Assembly (NCBI GenBank): GCA_963705305.1
Contig: OY970067.1
Span: 864,001 to 928,000 of the forward strand
DNA length: 64,000 nucleotides
Direction of reading: 5' to 3'
Source: an uncultured Methylomirabilota bacterium
Lineage (GTDB): Bacteria > Methylomirabilota > Methylomirabilia > Methylomirabilales > 2-02-FULL-66-22
Shown here: in pieces, positions 10,290 to 19,275 of the stretch
Numbering within the stretch: the first letter of the stretch is position 1
Layout of the letters: each line of letters opens with the position of its first letter
Made by a program: the position numbers and the translations under genes
Notes under the pieces: model-generated
Told to the model about the DNA's origin: nothing
Database searches by the model: none
Seen by the model: the letters and a program-made list of their open reading frames with translations, nothing else

Positions 10290-11033
10290 TCAGACGGCGG
10301 CCAGCGGTCTCCCCAGGCCGACGTTGCTCTTCCCGTTAATGGAGAGGAAGCGGCCGCGCCCCTGGATTTCCCGCACGTAGGGAACGGAGCCGTCCTCGCC
10401 GACCCGGCTGATGATGTCCCCGGAGAACACGGTGTCGATCTCCTGCGAAACGCGGTCCAGGACTTCCAGGACCTCTGGCAGCCGCTCGATCGGGATCATG
10501 AACTCCACGATGGCGGACAGCACCTTCTCGTCGAGGACCTCGGGGTTGATCCGCCCCTGTGCCCGGTCCACCATGAGCTTCGTGACCGGATTGTTCTCCT
10601 CGAAACTGATCCCCAGCCTGGCCAGCGCCATGGCCACCTTCTCCACATCGCGGAACCGGGTCCCCACGCCGGGCCGGCCCAGCTCGCAGGCCATGCCGTA
10701 CTTCCCCCACCGGTACCGGCCGGTGACCTCGTTGGTCTTCATCTCTTCCGTGCCCCGGCCCGGGATACGGGTCTCGGGGTGAATCTTCAGCGGGTCGCTG
10801 AAGTTCTTCCGCACCGTCCTCGGCCAGACCAGCTCGGGCTGGTACAATGCCTCGGTGGGACAGCAGCCGCTCCGCAGGCAGACGCTGCACTCCACGCACT
10901 CGTCCTCGTCGATCACGTAGGTGATCCGGGTCGGGTTCTTGGGGTCCCGCTCGAAGTGCATGATCCCGCCCAGCATGGTGCAGTACGAGCGGCAGCTGCC
11001 GCACCCGATACACTTCTCAGGATCGATTCTCAC
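10290..11033 (-). CDS. 4Fe-4S dicluster protein with uncharacterised C-terminal domain
   Basis: CIGCGSCRSYC and CVECSVC...CCP; GTG start overlaps the upstream stop (GTGA). Confidence 0.87.
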   Translation of the reverse strand: MRIDPEKCIGCGSCRSYCTMLGGIMHFERDPKNPTRITYVIDEDECVECSVCLRSGCCPTEALYQPELVWPRTVRKNFSDPLKIHPETRIPGRGTEEMKTNEVTGRYRWGKYGMACELGRPGVGTRFRDVEKVAMALARLGISFEENNPVTKLMVDRAQGRINPEVLDEKVLSAIVEFMIPIERLPEVLEVLDRVSQEIDTVFSGDIISRVGEDGSVPYVREIQGRGRFLSINGKSNVGLGRPLAAV

Positions 11034-12340
11034 TGCCGCATCCCTCCCAGCTCCCTCGCCCGGCACGCGCCGCCCATCGCGTACAGTCGCGGCCGGAACG
11101 AGATCCCCCGCTCCACGTCCCGCGCCAGCACCCCGGCCGAGACCTCGGTGCGGTTCTTCACCAGGGCGGTCAGGACCCCCGCGCAGCGCACGTCGCCCAA
11201 CAGCAGGAAGCCGTCCAGGCGCCCGCCCGCGCAGATCAGCTTCCGGTAGAGCGGCCTGTCCTTGTCCATGGTCGTGAGCGCCTCTCCCCCCTCCCAGAGG
11301 CCGGCGGAGATCACCCGCACCCCCAGGATCTCCACCGAGTTCATGCGCAGCGCACCCGAGAACGTCGCCGGCACGCCGGCCATGTTCAGGCCTGCAATCC
11401 GGCCCCCCTCGGTGGCCGAGGGCCAGATGGCGCTGGGGAGATTCTTCCGCTGGAGGACTTCCAGCGGCTCGGCCACGTCCCCGGCGGCGAAGATCCCCGG
11501 GACGCTCGTGCTCATGTGGTCATCCACGATCACGCCCTGGCTCAGGATCACACCCGTGTCCCGCAGGCAGCCGACGTTTGGGTCCACCCCCTTGCCGATG
11601 ATGGCCAGCTCGCACGGAAGCTGGCTCCCGTCCGACAGCGAGACTCCCTCCAGTCGCTCCCGCCCATGAAACGCGGTGACGTCGCTGTGAAAGTGGACCC
11701 GGACCCCGTTCCGCTCGAACGCCCGCAGGAAGAAATCGGAAGCCGTCCGGTCCAGCATCTGGGACAGGATCCGGTCGGAGGAGATCACCAGATGGACCGC
11801 CTTCTTCCTGCCGACCATGGCCTCCAGGCTTTTCACCCCCACCAACCCGCCGCCCACGATCACCACCGGCCCGCGCGTTGTGCGCGCCGCCTTCTTGATC
11901 GCTTCGGCGTCCACGATCTTGCGGAGCGGGAAGACGCCCGCGAGCTCCTTGCCCGGCACCGCCAGCAGCCGGGAGGACGAGCCGGTGGCCACCAAGAGCC
12001 GATCGAAGGGCAGGCTCTTGCCGCGGCCCAGATGGACCTGCCGCCCGCGGGGATCCACCCCCTCGGCCGCGATACCCTGGAGCAGCCGGATGCGCTGCGC
12101 GGCGTAGAACCCTCGGGGAGCGAAGACGAGATCCTGCTTGGTCTTCTTCCCAGCGATGTAGAGGGGCAGCATAGCCCGGGAATAGCCGAAGAGCTTTTCG
12201 TCCGAGACGATGGCGATCTGCCCGTCGGGATCGTGCCGCCGGATCTCCTGGGCGGCCGCGGTCCCGGCCACGCTGTTCCCCAGGATGACGTATCGAACCG
12301 GCTGCCTCTGCCGTGTCGTCGGCTTCATCTGGCTATCCAT
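11030..12340 (-). CDS. FAD-dependent NAD(P)H oxidoreductase (NirB/rubredoxin reductase-like)
   Basis: ILGNSVAG, LLVATGS, VGGGLVG, TSVPGIFAAGD. Confidence 0.9.
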   Translation of the reverse strand: MDSQMKPTTRQRQPVRYVILGNSVAGTAAAQEIRRHDPDGQIAIVSDEKLFGYSRAMLPLYIAGKKTKQDLVFAPRGFYAAQRIRLLQGIAAEGVDPRGRQVHLGRGKSLPFDRLLVATGSSSRLLAVPGKELAGVFPLRKIVDAEAIKKAARTTRGPVVIVGGGLVGVKSLEAMVGRKKAVHLVISSDRILSQMLDRTASDFFLRAFERNGVRVHFHSDVTAFHGRERLEGVSLSDGSQLPCELAIIGKGVDPNVGCLRDTGVILSQGVIVDDHMSTSVPGIFAAGDVAEPLEVLQRKNLPSAIWPSATEGGRIAGLNMAGVPATFSGALRMNSVEILGVRVISAGLWEGGEALTTMDKDRPLYRKLICAGGRLDGFLLLGDVRCAGVLTALVKNRTEVSAGVLARDVERGISFRPRLYAMGGACRARELGGMRQ

Positions 12341-12375
12341 GCCTCGTCTCGTGCGCCGGAAATCTCTTGACGTTT

Positions 12376-12483
12376 CGTCACCCCGGCGAACGCCGGGGTC
12401 CAGGAATACGGTCTGACTGGATTCCGGCTTTCGCCGGAATGACGGAACGGCAGCTCTGGATGCCGGCGTTCGCCGGCATGACG
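12376..12483. repeat. Triplet of 28-bp palindromic REP-like repeats (+,-,-)
   Basis: CGTCACCCCGGCGAACGCCGGGGTCCAG (12376-12403), CTGGATTCCGGCTTTCGCCGGAATGACG (12417-12444), CTGGATGCCGGCGTTCGCCGGCATGACG (12456-12483). Confidence 0.9.
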
Positions 12484-12519
12484 CCCCCGCGCAACTGCGG
12501 AAGCGTTGGAGGCATCTGC

Positions 12520-14073
12520 CTAGCGGGCGCCTCCGGCCGCCAGCATGGCGGCCAGCTCCTCGGCCTGTTCCCGCGGCTCGGGCAGCACCGGCCCCGCCAA
12601 AAGCCTGCCCCCCGTGATCCGCTGCCATTCGGCCGGCAGGACCTCGGCGAGCCACGGGCTTCCCCAGAAGGGCAGCCGGACCCCGATCTGCACCGTGAGT
12701 CCCAGCGCGAACAGGCCGACCGCGCTGGCCCAGGTGGCGGCCCGCGAGAATTCCGGGAAGGCCGCGACCGCCGGGGTGCCGCCATTCCTCCGGGGCAGAC
12801 CGAGCAGCAATGTGACCACCTGGGGAAGCTGGAAGGCGGAGCCGAAGGCGACGATCGGCTGGAGCCCGTCCTTCCCGAGTTCTGCGGCAAAGGCGGCCAG
12901 CCGGCCGCCCGTCCGCTTGTCCAGCTCGGCGGCCAGCGCCTCGGCGTGGGCCCCCAGGTCTCCGCCCAGCAGGATCGGGGCCTTCGCCCCCACCGCCGCC
13001 TCCATCAGGGCCAGCGTGCGCTCGAAGAATGTTTGCTTGGCGTTGCTCTCTCCCATCAGGACCGCCACCCCGCGGATCCGGCCCGCCTCCAGCGCGCCCG
13101 CGAGTGCGTGCGCCGGCGGCAGGGCCAGGCTGCCGGCGCCGGCCTGGAGCCGACGCGACGTGGTCCCGTAGAAGGCGTTCTGGGCGTGATGGGCCGCCTG
13201 GTCGATCACCTGGGCGGCCGTCCGGTCGAAGGGCGCTCTCCCGTCCACCAGGAAGGCGGGCACCCCGTACTTCGCCGCCAGCATCTCCAGCCCAGGCCAG
13301 CCAGCGTTGGGGGCGAGGATCAGCGCGTCCACGTTCATCCCTAGCGCCAGCTCCGGCGAACCGTAGTCGGCAGCCGCCAGGGTGAATGGCAGCCGGCCGC
13401 CCCCCTGCATGAACAGGTTGACCTTCCGCCCCTCCGCCCGCAGTCCCGCCTGATCGAAGGCCCGGACGAGTCCCTCGGGGGCCTGCCCGACGATCAAAAG
13501 GTTGATCCCGCCCGGATCGAACGGCAGACCTGCCTCGCTGCGGGCGAGCCCCGCGGCCGCCTGGCACAGCAGGCCGTACTGGATCAGGCCCAGCCGGGCC
13601 AGGTCCTGGAGGGTCTGGACCAGGTAGCCCTTGTGCGAGAAAAAGCCGTTCTGCACCGAGAACAGGTCCGCCTTCCGGACCGGGAGGAGTCCCGCTTTGG
13701 TCAGGCCCTCCGCGGTCGCCGCGGGCAGGGCGGCGGCCAGATCCGGAAGCTCCTGGCCGGCCCCGGCGATTCCCAAAAGCTGCACGGCCCGGGCCGACTC
13801 CAGCACGCCTTCCAGGGTTGCCTGGAAGAGGGTCTCCATGACGATCTGGTCCCGGTCGGCCCCGCAGGTCCCCTGGCTCGGCTCGTCCCCGAAGGGATTG
13901 ATCCGGCACGGCCCCTGGAAGCACTTCCGGCAGCTCAGGCCGTTGCTGGTGAAGGCGCAGAGCGGCAATTGCCGCTCGTAGCGCTCCCAGGAGAGCTGCG
14001 CCCCGAGGTCGTGTGCCGCCAGCAAGAGGGGAGACGTGTCCGCCAGTGCGCTCTTCTTGTGAATTCGATCCAT
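12520..14073 (-). CDS. CooS (Ni-CODH)-like protein lacking C-cluster ligands
   Basis: N-terminal WERYERQLPLCAF...SCRKCFQGPCRINPFG...TCG matches the CooS D/B-cluster region; C-terminal IRGVAVLMG and AAFPE segments follow the CooS layout; only one Cys after the N-terminal cluster region. Alternative start at 14148. Confidence 0.82.
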   Translation of the reverse strand: MDRIHKKSALADTSPLLLAAHDLGAQLSWERYERQLPLCAFTSNGLSCRKCFQGPCRINPFGDEPSQGTCGADRDQIVMETLFQATLEGVLESARAVQLLGIAGAGQELPDLAAALPAATAEGLTKAGLLPVRKADLFSVQNGFFSHKGYLVQTLQDLARLGLIQYGLLCQAAAGLARSEAGLPFDPGGINLLIVGQAPEGLVRAFDQAGLRAEGRKVNLFMQGGGRLPFTLAAADYGSPELALGMNVDALILAPNAGWPGLEMLAAKYGVPAFLVDGRAPFDRTAAQVIDQAAHHAQNAFYGTTSRRLQAGAGSLALPPAHALAGALEAGRIRGVAVLMGESNAKQTFFERTLALMEAAVGAKAPILLGGDLGAHAEALAAELDKRTGGRLAAFAAELGKDGLQPIVAFGSAFQLPQVVTLLLGLPRRNGGTPAVAAFPEFSRAATWASAVGLFALGLTVQIGVRLPFWGSPWLAEVLPAEWQRITGGRLLAGPVLPEPREQAEELAAMLAAGGAR

Positions 14074-14168
14074 CGCTCTCCAGCCCTTTCCCGAAAGGAT
14101 GTCCGGATCGTTACCCGTGGAGGAATACCGCGCGGTCGAGCCACCCATTCGCACTCCCTCGCGGGAGT

Positions 14169-14696
14169 CTATGATTTCGTCAGCCCCTTCGCCGCCGTGA
14201 AGTCCAGCCCTGTCAGCCTGGCCCCCTTGCGGACCGGCACCGCTCCCCGGGCGACCTCCTCCGGATCCAGGAACACCAGGGCGCCGGTGGGGCAGCTCTC
14301 GACGCAGAACGGCGCGCTCATCCCGGTGCACTGGTCGCACTTGAACATCTTCCGGAAGCTGCGAAAGGGCTGGGGTGCCCCGAATGGGCACACCATCACG
14401 CACATCCAGCAGCCGATGCACCGCTCGTCGTTGACCAGGACCAGCCCACCGTCCTCTCGGTACAGTGCCTTGGCAGGGCAGGCGTCCAGGCAGGGCGCGT
14501 CCTGACAATGGCGGCACTGCACGGGGAAGCCGTTCTCGGTGCCCGTATCCTCCACCCGCACCCTGGCCAGAGGGGCGGGGTTCTCGTAGATCGCTTCCGG
14601 CAGGCTCTTGCTCAACGAGCCCCGGTTCAGCGCGCAGGCGATTTCACAACTCTTGCACGCCACACACCGCTCTGCGTTCACGAAGATGGATTTCAT
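14169..14696 (-). CDS. cooF: CooF/DmsB-like 4x[4Fe-4S] electron-transfer protein
   Basis: CVACKSCEIAC, CRHCQDAPCLDACP, CIGCWMCVMVCPFG, KCDQC...CVESCPT; adjacent to the cooS-like gene. Confidence 0.85.
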   Translation of the reverse strand: MKSIFVNAERCVACKSCEIACALNRGSLSKSLPEAIYENPAPLARVRVEDTGTENGFPVQCRHCQDAPCLDACPAKALYREDGGLVLVNDERCIGCWMCVMVCPFGAPQPFRSFRKMFKCDQCTGMSAPFCVESCPTGALVFLDPEEVARGAVPVRKGARLTGLDFTAAKGLTKS

Positions 14697-14788
14697 GGTC
14701 CTCCTCGAACCCGATTCCTCCGAAGGCATCCCCCGCCTCTTCCCGCCGCCGGACGGGGGGAAAGTTCTCGCCGCCGACCGCCGTCCCG

Positions 14789-15976
14789 TCAGAACCGCGA
14801 CTCTTGCACGTAGATGTCGATGGGCTCGGAATAGGTCAACGTCTCGCTGCGGGACAGGGTGCCCGAGGCGACGTCCAGGGCCGTCCGGTAGAGGCGTTCG
14901 CCGGCCGCCTCCGGGCTCTCGGAACCCTCGATCACCGTGCCCGAGTAGAAATCGATGCTGTCGCGGGCGGCCGCGTAGGTATGCGGGTTGGCCGTGGTCC
15001 AAAGGAAGGGCGCCACCACCGACGGGGAGCCTTCCAAGAGCGTCCGCCCGGCCACGCCGCCGCCGCCGAGCTGAAACAGGACCAGGTTGGCTCCCGCCGC
15101 GGCGTACCCGGCAAAGATGGAGAGATGGCCCATCCAGTTGTCCACGAAGTAGAGGCCCTTTCCACCCGGCCGCTCGGCGTACTTCAGCACGCCCCGGATC
15201 GGCGCCGTCCCCGCCTTGTGGATCGCCCCCAGGCTCTTCTCTTCCAAGGAGCTGAGCCCCCCTTTAATGTTGGAGGGCACCGGGTTCACGGTGCGGATGT
15301 CCAGGCCCGTGGCCTTGGCCAGCGCCTCCCGGCGGGCCGCCGCATCCAGGATGGCCTGGGCCACCTGCGGCGTGGCGGCGCGCCGCGCCAGCGCCTGCTC
15401 GGCCCCGATGATCTCGGTCGTCTCGCCGAACAGCGCCGTGCCGCCCGCGGCCACGACCTTGTCGTAGAGATAGCCCACGGCCGGGTTTCCGGCGATGCCC
15501 GAGGTGGTGTCGGAGTACCCGCACTTGACCCCCAGGCACAGATGCTCGTCCCCGACCGGCTCGCGCCGCAGCCTGGAGGCCTCGTACACCAGCGTCCGGG
15601 CCAACTGGATGCCCTTGACGATAGCCCCGTAGGTGCCCCCGTCCCTGGCTGGATCCACCACCTCCACCCGCTTCTTGGCGTCGGCGATCTCGTCGGCCAG
15701 CCGCTCCACCGCGAGCTCCGGGTAGCCCACGCCGGGGCTGGCGGCGTGCAGGATCACGGCGGCCACGTTGGGGTTCCTCCCCAAACCGATCAGCACGCGG
15801 GCGATCGTCTCCCGGTCACTGGCGGTGCGGCCGGAGCCGTGGTCGGCGGTGACGATCGTCTTGGTTCCGGCCACGAAATCGCAGATGGACTTGGAGATGA
15901 CCCCCTGCGGCAACACCAGGACGTAATTCCGGGTGCCGACGGATCCGTCGGACCGGACGTAACCCAGAAAGCTCAT
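14789..15976 (-). CDS. UxaA/GarD/SuyB family dehydratase or lyase, large subunit
   Basis: GYVRSDGSVGTRNY, NPNVAA, KCGYSDTTSG...NPAVG, GETTE, NIKGGLSSLEEKSLG. Confidence 0.87.
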   Translation of the reverse strand: MSFLGYVRSDGSVGTRNYVLVLPQGVISKSICDFVAGTKTIVTADHGSGRTASDRETIARVLIGLGRNPNVAAVILHAASPGVGYPELAVERLADEIADAKKRVEVVDPARDGGTYGAIVKGIQLARTLVYEASRLRREPVGDEHLCLGVKCGYSDTTSGIAGNPAVGYLYDKVVAAGGTALFGETTEIIGAEQALARRAATPQVAQAILDAAARREALAKATGLDIRTVNPVPSNIKGGLSSLEEKSLGAIHKAGTAPIRGVLKYAERPGGKGLYFVDNWMGHLSIFAGYAAAGANLVLFQLGGGGVAGRTLLEGSPSVVAPFLWTTANPHTYAAARDSIDFYSGTVIEGSESPEAAGERLYRTALDVASGTLSRSETLTYSEPIDIYVQESRF

Positions 15977-16281
15977 CCCCTGCCGCTCCTTTCCAGGTCG
16001 CCGCGGGCGCGCATCCCTTCCAGGTTGTGGATGTGGACCAGCGCCCCCTGCGGGATGTGGACCCCTGCCCTGCCGATGGGCTCCCCGTACTTCCGGATGA
16101 CCGCGCCCCGGGCGATCTCCTCCAATGCGATCTTGAATCCGAACGGGATCAGCTCGCAGGCCTGGACCGTGAGTGAGCCCGGTCCTGCCGGCACCGCAAC
16201 CTCGTCTCCCGCCCGGATCTCCTCCATAGCCGTGGCCACGTTGTCGGAAGGATGCATGATCAGCGCGCGTTTCGCCGCCAT
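15973..16281 (-). CDS. UxaA/SuyA family SAF-domain small subunit
   Basis: DNVATA, IPFGFKIAL, KYGEPIG, VHIHN; 4-nt overlap with the large subunit. Confidence 0.88.
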   Translation of the reverse strand: MAAKRALIMHPSDNVATAMEEIRAGDEVAVPAGPGSLTVQACELIPFGFKIALEEIARGAVIRKYGEPIGRAGVHIPQGALVHIHNLEGMRARGDLERSGRG

Positions 16282-16450
16282 GGCTCCCCGTCCTCCTTCA
16301 CGAAGGCTGTCACAACAATCCGTCCGCCGCCAACCCGCAGAGAGTCTATCCGTCGCGGCGGCCCTCTCCTCCACCCCGAGCGCCGGGTCGCCGGCGAGAA
16401 TGGGCATGCCCTCTGACACGGCCGAGGCCGCGGCGTCCGCACACCGCTCC

Positions 16451-16480
16451 AGCATGCCTCGTGGCGCGGAGGCTTGTCAA
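16451..16480 (-). promoter_or_regulatory. Putative sigma70 promoter of the uxaA-cooF-cooS-like operon
   Basis: Minus strand TTGACA-N18-CATGCT. Confidence 0.4.
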
Positions 16481-16529
16481 CGAGAAGGCCGGGAAGGTGT
16501 GGAAAAGAGGTCGAAATCGAGCCAACCGC

Positions 16530-17174
16530 TCACTTGGCGCGGTAGCCGACCAGGCCCGCCTCCAGGGCGCGCCGGTCCACCCGGCTGAGGCTCTTTTCCA
16601 TGGCGGCGGTCAAGATGCGCGTGTGCGGGATATCCACCAGATAATCCGGGATGAACCAGAGATCGTCCTCGCTGGTCATCCAGCCCGGATGTATCCCGTC
16701 GAAGCGGCCGAGATTGACCGGGCGGGAATAGGCGCGCAGGGTCCGGTCGCCCCGCAGGTTGATGTAGTCCTCGAAGTAGCTCATCGCCAGCTCGCGCAGG
16801 CTCCGGTAGACCGGGGCGCGGAAACGCAGGCCCGAGAAGTTCGACTTGGCAATGGCGCCCCAGTGGCCGTTCCGGCGGTAGACGGCGATGACGTGATCCG
16901 TGTCCTGCACCGCCTCCAGATCCAGCAAGAGCGGCGGGTAGCCCAGGGCGCGCAGCGCGGCGGCGGCAAAGATGGCCCCCTCCAGGCAGTGGGCCGTCCC
17001 CGCGCGAAGCACCCGCCGCGGCGACCATGCCGTCTTGGCCAGGTGGTAGGGCATGGCGTCCAGCATCCGCTGGATCCCCACCGGCGAGCGCAGGGCCTGC
17101 AGCCGCCGGAGCTCCCGCCGGGTAAACCCACCCGCTTGCACCAGCCTGGGGGACGTTGCGACTTTATTGACCAT
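16530..17174 (-). CDS. Hypothetical protein, transglutaminase-like Cys/His motifs
   Basis: AHCLEGA, DHVIAVY, WGAIAKSN; GGAAGGA RBS before ATG 17174 (alternative start 17207). Confidence 0.75.
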   Translation of the reverse strand: MVNKVATSPRLVQAGGFTRRELRRLQALRSPVGIQRMLDAMPYHLAKTAWSPRRVLRAGTAHCLEGAIFAAAALRALGYPPLLLDLEAVQDTDHVIAVYRRNGHWGAIAKSNFSGLRFRAPVYRSLRELAMSYFEDYINLRGDRTLRAYSRPVNLGRFDGIHPGWMTSEDDLWFIPDYLVDIPHTRILTAAMEKSLSRVDRRALEAGLVGYRAK

Positions 17175-18144
17175 ATTCCTTCCCAGGTCCGCACCCCTCA
17201 CGATCATTTACTCCCCCTGGGGGGATCGAGGCCGGGGCTGTCTTGGACGGCAGCAGCACGGTGGAAAGAGAGGCCACCACCAGGAGCAGCGCCACGAAGT
17301 CGGACCAGTGGGGCGTCTCGCCCAGGAGCAGCATGCCGCTGAACACCCCCACCACGGGGACCATCATGACCGCGAGGCTGGAGACGCCCACGGGGGCCAC
17401 CAGAGCGATCTTCATCCAGGCCCAATAACAGAAGATGAAGGCCACGAAGACGTTGTAGAGGATGCCCAGCAGCGGCCAGACCGACAGCGCAAAGGGGCTG
17501 AAGCTGCCCGGCTCCAGAAAGAGGGCGGCGGCGAGGATGGGGACGACGGCGACGGCCATCTGCCAGGCCGTGAAGGAGGTCACCGGCAGATGGACGGGCC
17601 AGCGCTTCATGATGACGGTCCCCAGGGCCCAGGAGACTGCACCCCCGATGACGAAGAGCGCCCCCAGCGGCGCCTCGCCGAAGGCGGCGAGCTCGTTCGC
17701 CAGGAGGAGCAGCATGCCCGAGAAGCCGAGGACGACCCCGACCACTCGCCGCCGGGTGAAGGGCTCGCCGAGAAGCCAGGCGGAGAGCATGACGCCCCAC
17801 ACCGGCATGGTGTAGCCCAAGATCGCGGCCCGTCCGGACGCCATCAGGCGGACGCCGTAGATCACTAGCACGTTCCAGCCCATCATGTTGACCAGCCCGA
17901 TGAGGATCATCCGCGGCCACTGGCCCTCCGGCACCTGGAGGCGGTGGCCGTCGATCCGGGCGATGGCGAACAGGCCCAGGGCGCCGAAGAGGAGGCACGC
18001 CGTCCGGAAGTGCATGGGCCCCATCTCCGACAGGACCACCTTCATCACCGGCCAGTTGAACCCCCAGCCGAGAGTCAGACCCACCAGCAAGCCGAGAAGG
18101 TGGCCGGGAAACGTGTGGGCGGAGGCCTGATCGTTCTTTTCCAA
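17164..18144 (-). CDS. DMT/EamA family transporter
   Basis: About 10 hydrophobic segments; WGFNWP, LLGEP, LLLGET; probable TTG start after GGAGAG. Confidence 0.87.
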   Translation of the reverse strand: MEKNDQASAHTFPGHLLGLLVGLTLGWGFNWPVMKVVLSEMGPMHFRTACLLFGALGLFAIARIDGHRLQVPEGQWPRMILIGLVNMMGWNVLVIYGVRLMASGRAAILGYTMPVWGVMLSAWLLGEPFTRRRVVGVVLGFSGMLLLLANELAAFGEAPLGALFVIGGAVSWALGTVIMKRWPVHLPVTSFTAWQMAVAVVPILAAALFLEPGSFSPFALSVWPLLGILYNVFVAFIFCYWAWMKIALVAPVGVSSLAVMMVPVVGVFSGMLLLGETPHWSDFVALLLVVASLSTVLLPSKTAPASIPPGGVNDREGCGPGKEYGQ

Positions 18145-18361
18145 GGAATCTCTCCAAAGCTCCTGGTCGTCCGGCGGCTGCCCGCCAGCCGCCGTCCGGG
18201 CGGCAGCATGCGCGGGGATCTCCCAATTGTCAAGCCAGAAGCGCGCCGGCGGCGGGTTGACCGCCGGCCCGCGGCAGGGAACGCCCCGCCACGCCCGGCA
18301 GCGCTCCCCCGACTTGTGGGGGACGGCCTGCCCCGCGAAGGGGCGTCCTCCCCCCTGCCCC

Positions 18362-18390
18362 TTGACACCATGCGGCCCATGGGATATAGA
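18362..18390 (+). promoter_or_regulatory. Putative sigma70 promoter of the NitT/TauT ABC operon
   Basis: TTGACA-N17-TATAGA with a CCATG-N5-CATGG palindrome in the spacer. Confidence 0.45.
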
Positions 18391-18435
18391 GCTAGCCCGG
18401 GCCGGCGGGCCGCCGTCCGGGCATAAGGATTGCTC

Positions 18436-19275
18436 ATGAGTTTCCGCTCCGCCCCCACCATCAATGCAGGCGCCCCCGCGGCATCGAAGCGCCTGCGCCG
18501 GCTCCTTCGCAGCCAACGCGTCCTGGTGAGCTTTGTCCTGTTGTTCTTTCTGTGGGAGGGTGCGGTCCGACTGTTCCGCGTCCCCTCCTATTTGCTGCCC
18601 CCTCCGTCCGTCATCGCGCTGGATCTCCTGGCCCGCTGGAGCCGCGTGATGCAAAACACGCTCATTACGACGCAGGAGATCGTGGCGGGATATCTCGCGG
18701 CGGTGCTGATCAGCATCCCGCTCGCGCTGCTGATCGCCCATTCCCGCTTCATGGAAGAAACGGTCTATCCCATCATCGTCTTTTTCCAGATCGTGCCGAA
18801 GATTGCCATTGCGCCCCTGTTCATCATCTGGTTTGGATTCGGCTTCACTCCCAAGCTGCTGCTGGTATTCCTCCTGTCGTTCTTCCCGATCGTGGTCAGT
18901 AGCATTGCCGGTTTCAAGTCGGTGGACGCGGAAATATTAGACCTGGCTCGCTCCACGGGGGCGAGCCCGTGGATGATGTTCCGCAAGATCCGGCTGCCGT
19001 ACGCGCTGCCAAGCATCTTCACAGGGCTCAAGGTTGCCGCCGCGCTCTCGCCGACGGCGGCCGTGGTGGCCGAGTTCGTGGCGTCGGACAAGGGGCTAGG
19101 CTACCTGCTGCTGGAATTCAATGGAAACCTCAATACCTCCATGGTGTTTGCCACAATCGTCGTGCTGAGCATCGTGGGCCTGCTTGTCTACTACGCGGTG
19201 GAACTGATCGAGCGGATCCTCATCCCCTGGCATGTCACGACGCAAAAGGAGACTCGGAACGCGGACTATCTGTGA
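18436..19275 (+). CDS. NitT/TauT family ABC transporter permease
   Basis: LPPPS, PKIAIAPLFIIWFGFG, VVAEFV...GLG. Confidence 0.92.
   Translation: MSFRSAPTINAGAPAASKRLRRLLRSQRVLVSFVLLFFLWEGAVRLFRVPSYLLPPPSVIALDLLARWSRVMQNTLITTQEIVAGYLAAVLISIPLALLIAHSRFMEETVYPIIVFFQIVPKIAIAPLFIIWFGFGFTPKLLLVFLLSFFPIVVSSIAGFKSVDAEILDLARSTGASPWMMFRKIRLPYALPSIFTGLKVAAALSPTAAVVAEFVASDKGLGYLLLEFNGNLNTSMVFATIVVLSIVGLLVYYAVELIERILIPWHVTTQKETRNADYL

Noticed and set aside
11030..13924. 964-aa fusion ORF from the track
   Set aside because: The N-terminal half is an off-frame read through the cooS-like gene and REP repeats; the real gene starts at 12340.
12520..14073. Functional CO dehydrogenase
   Set aside because: All C-cluster ligands are absent and there are no Ni maturation genes; kept as pseudo-CODH.
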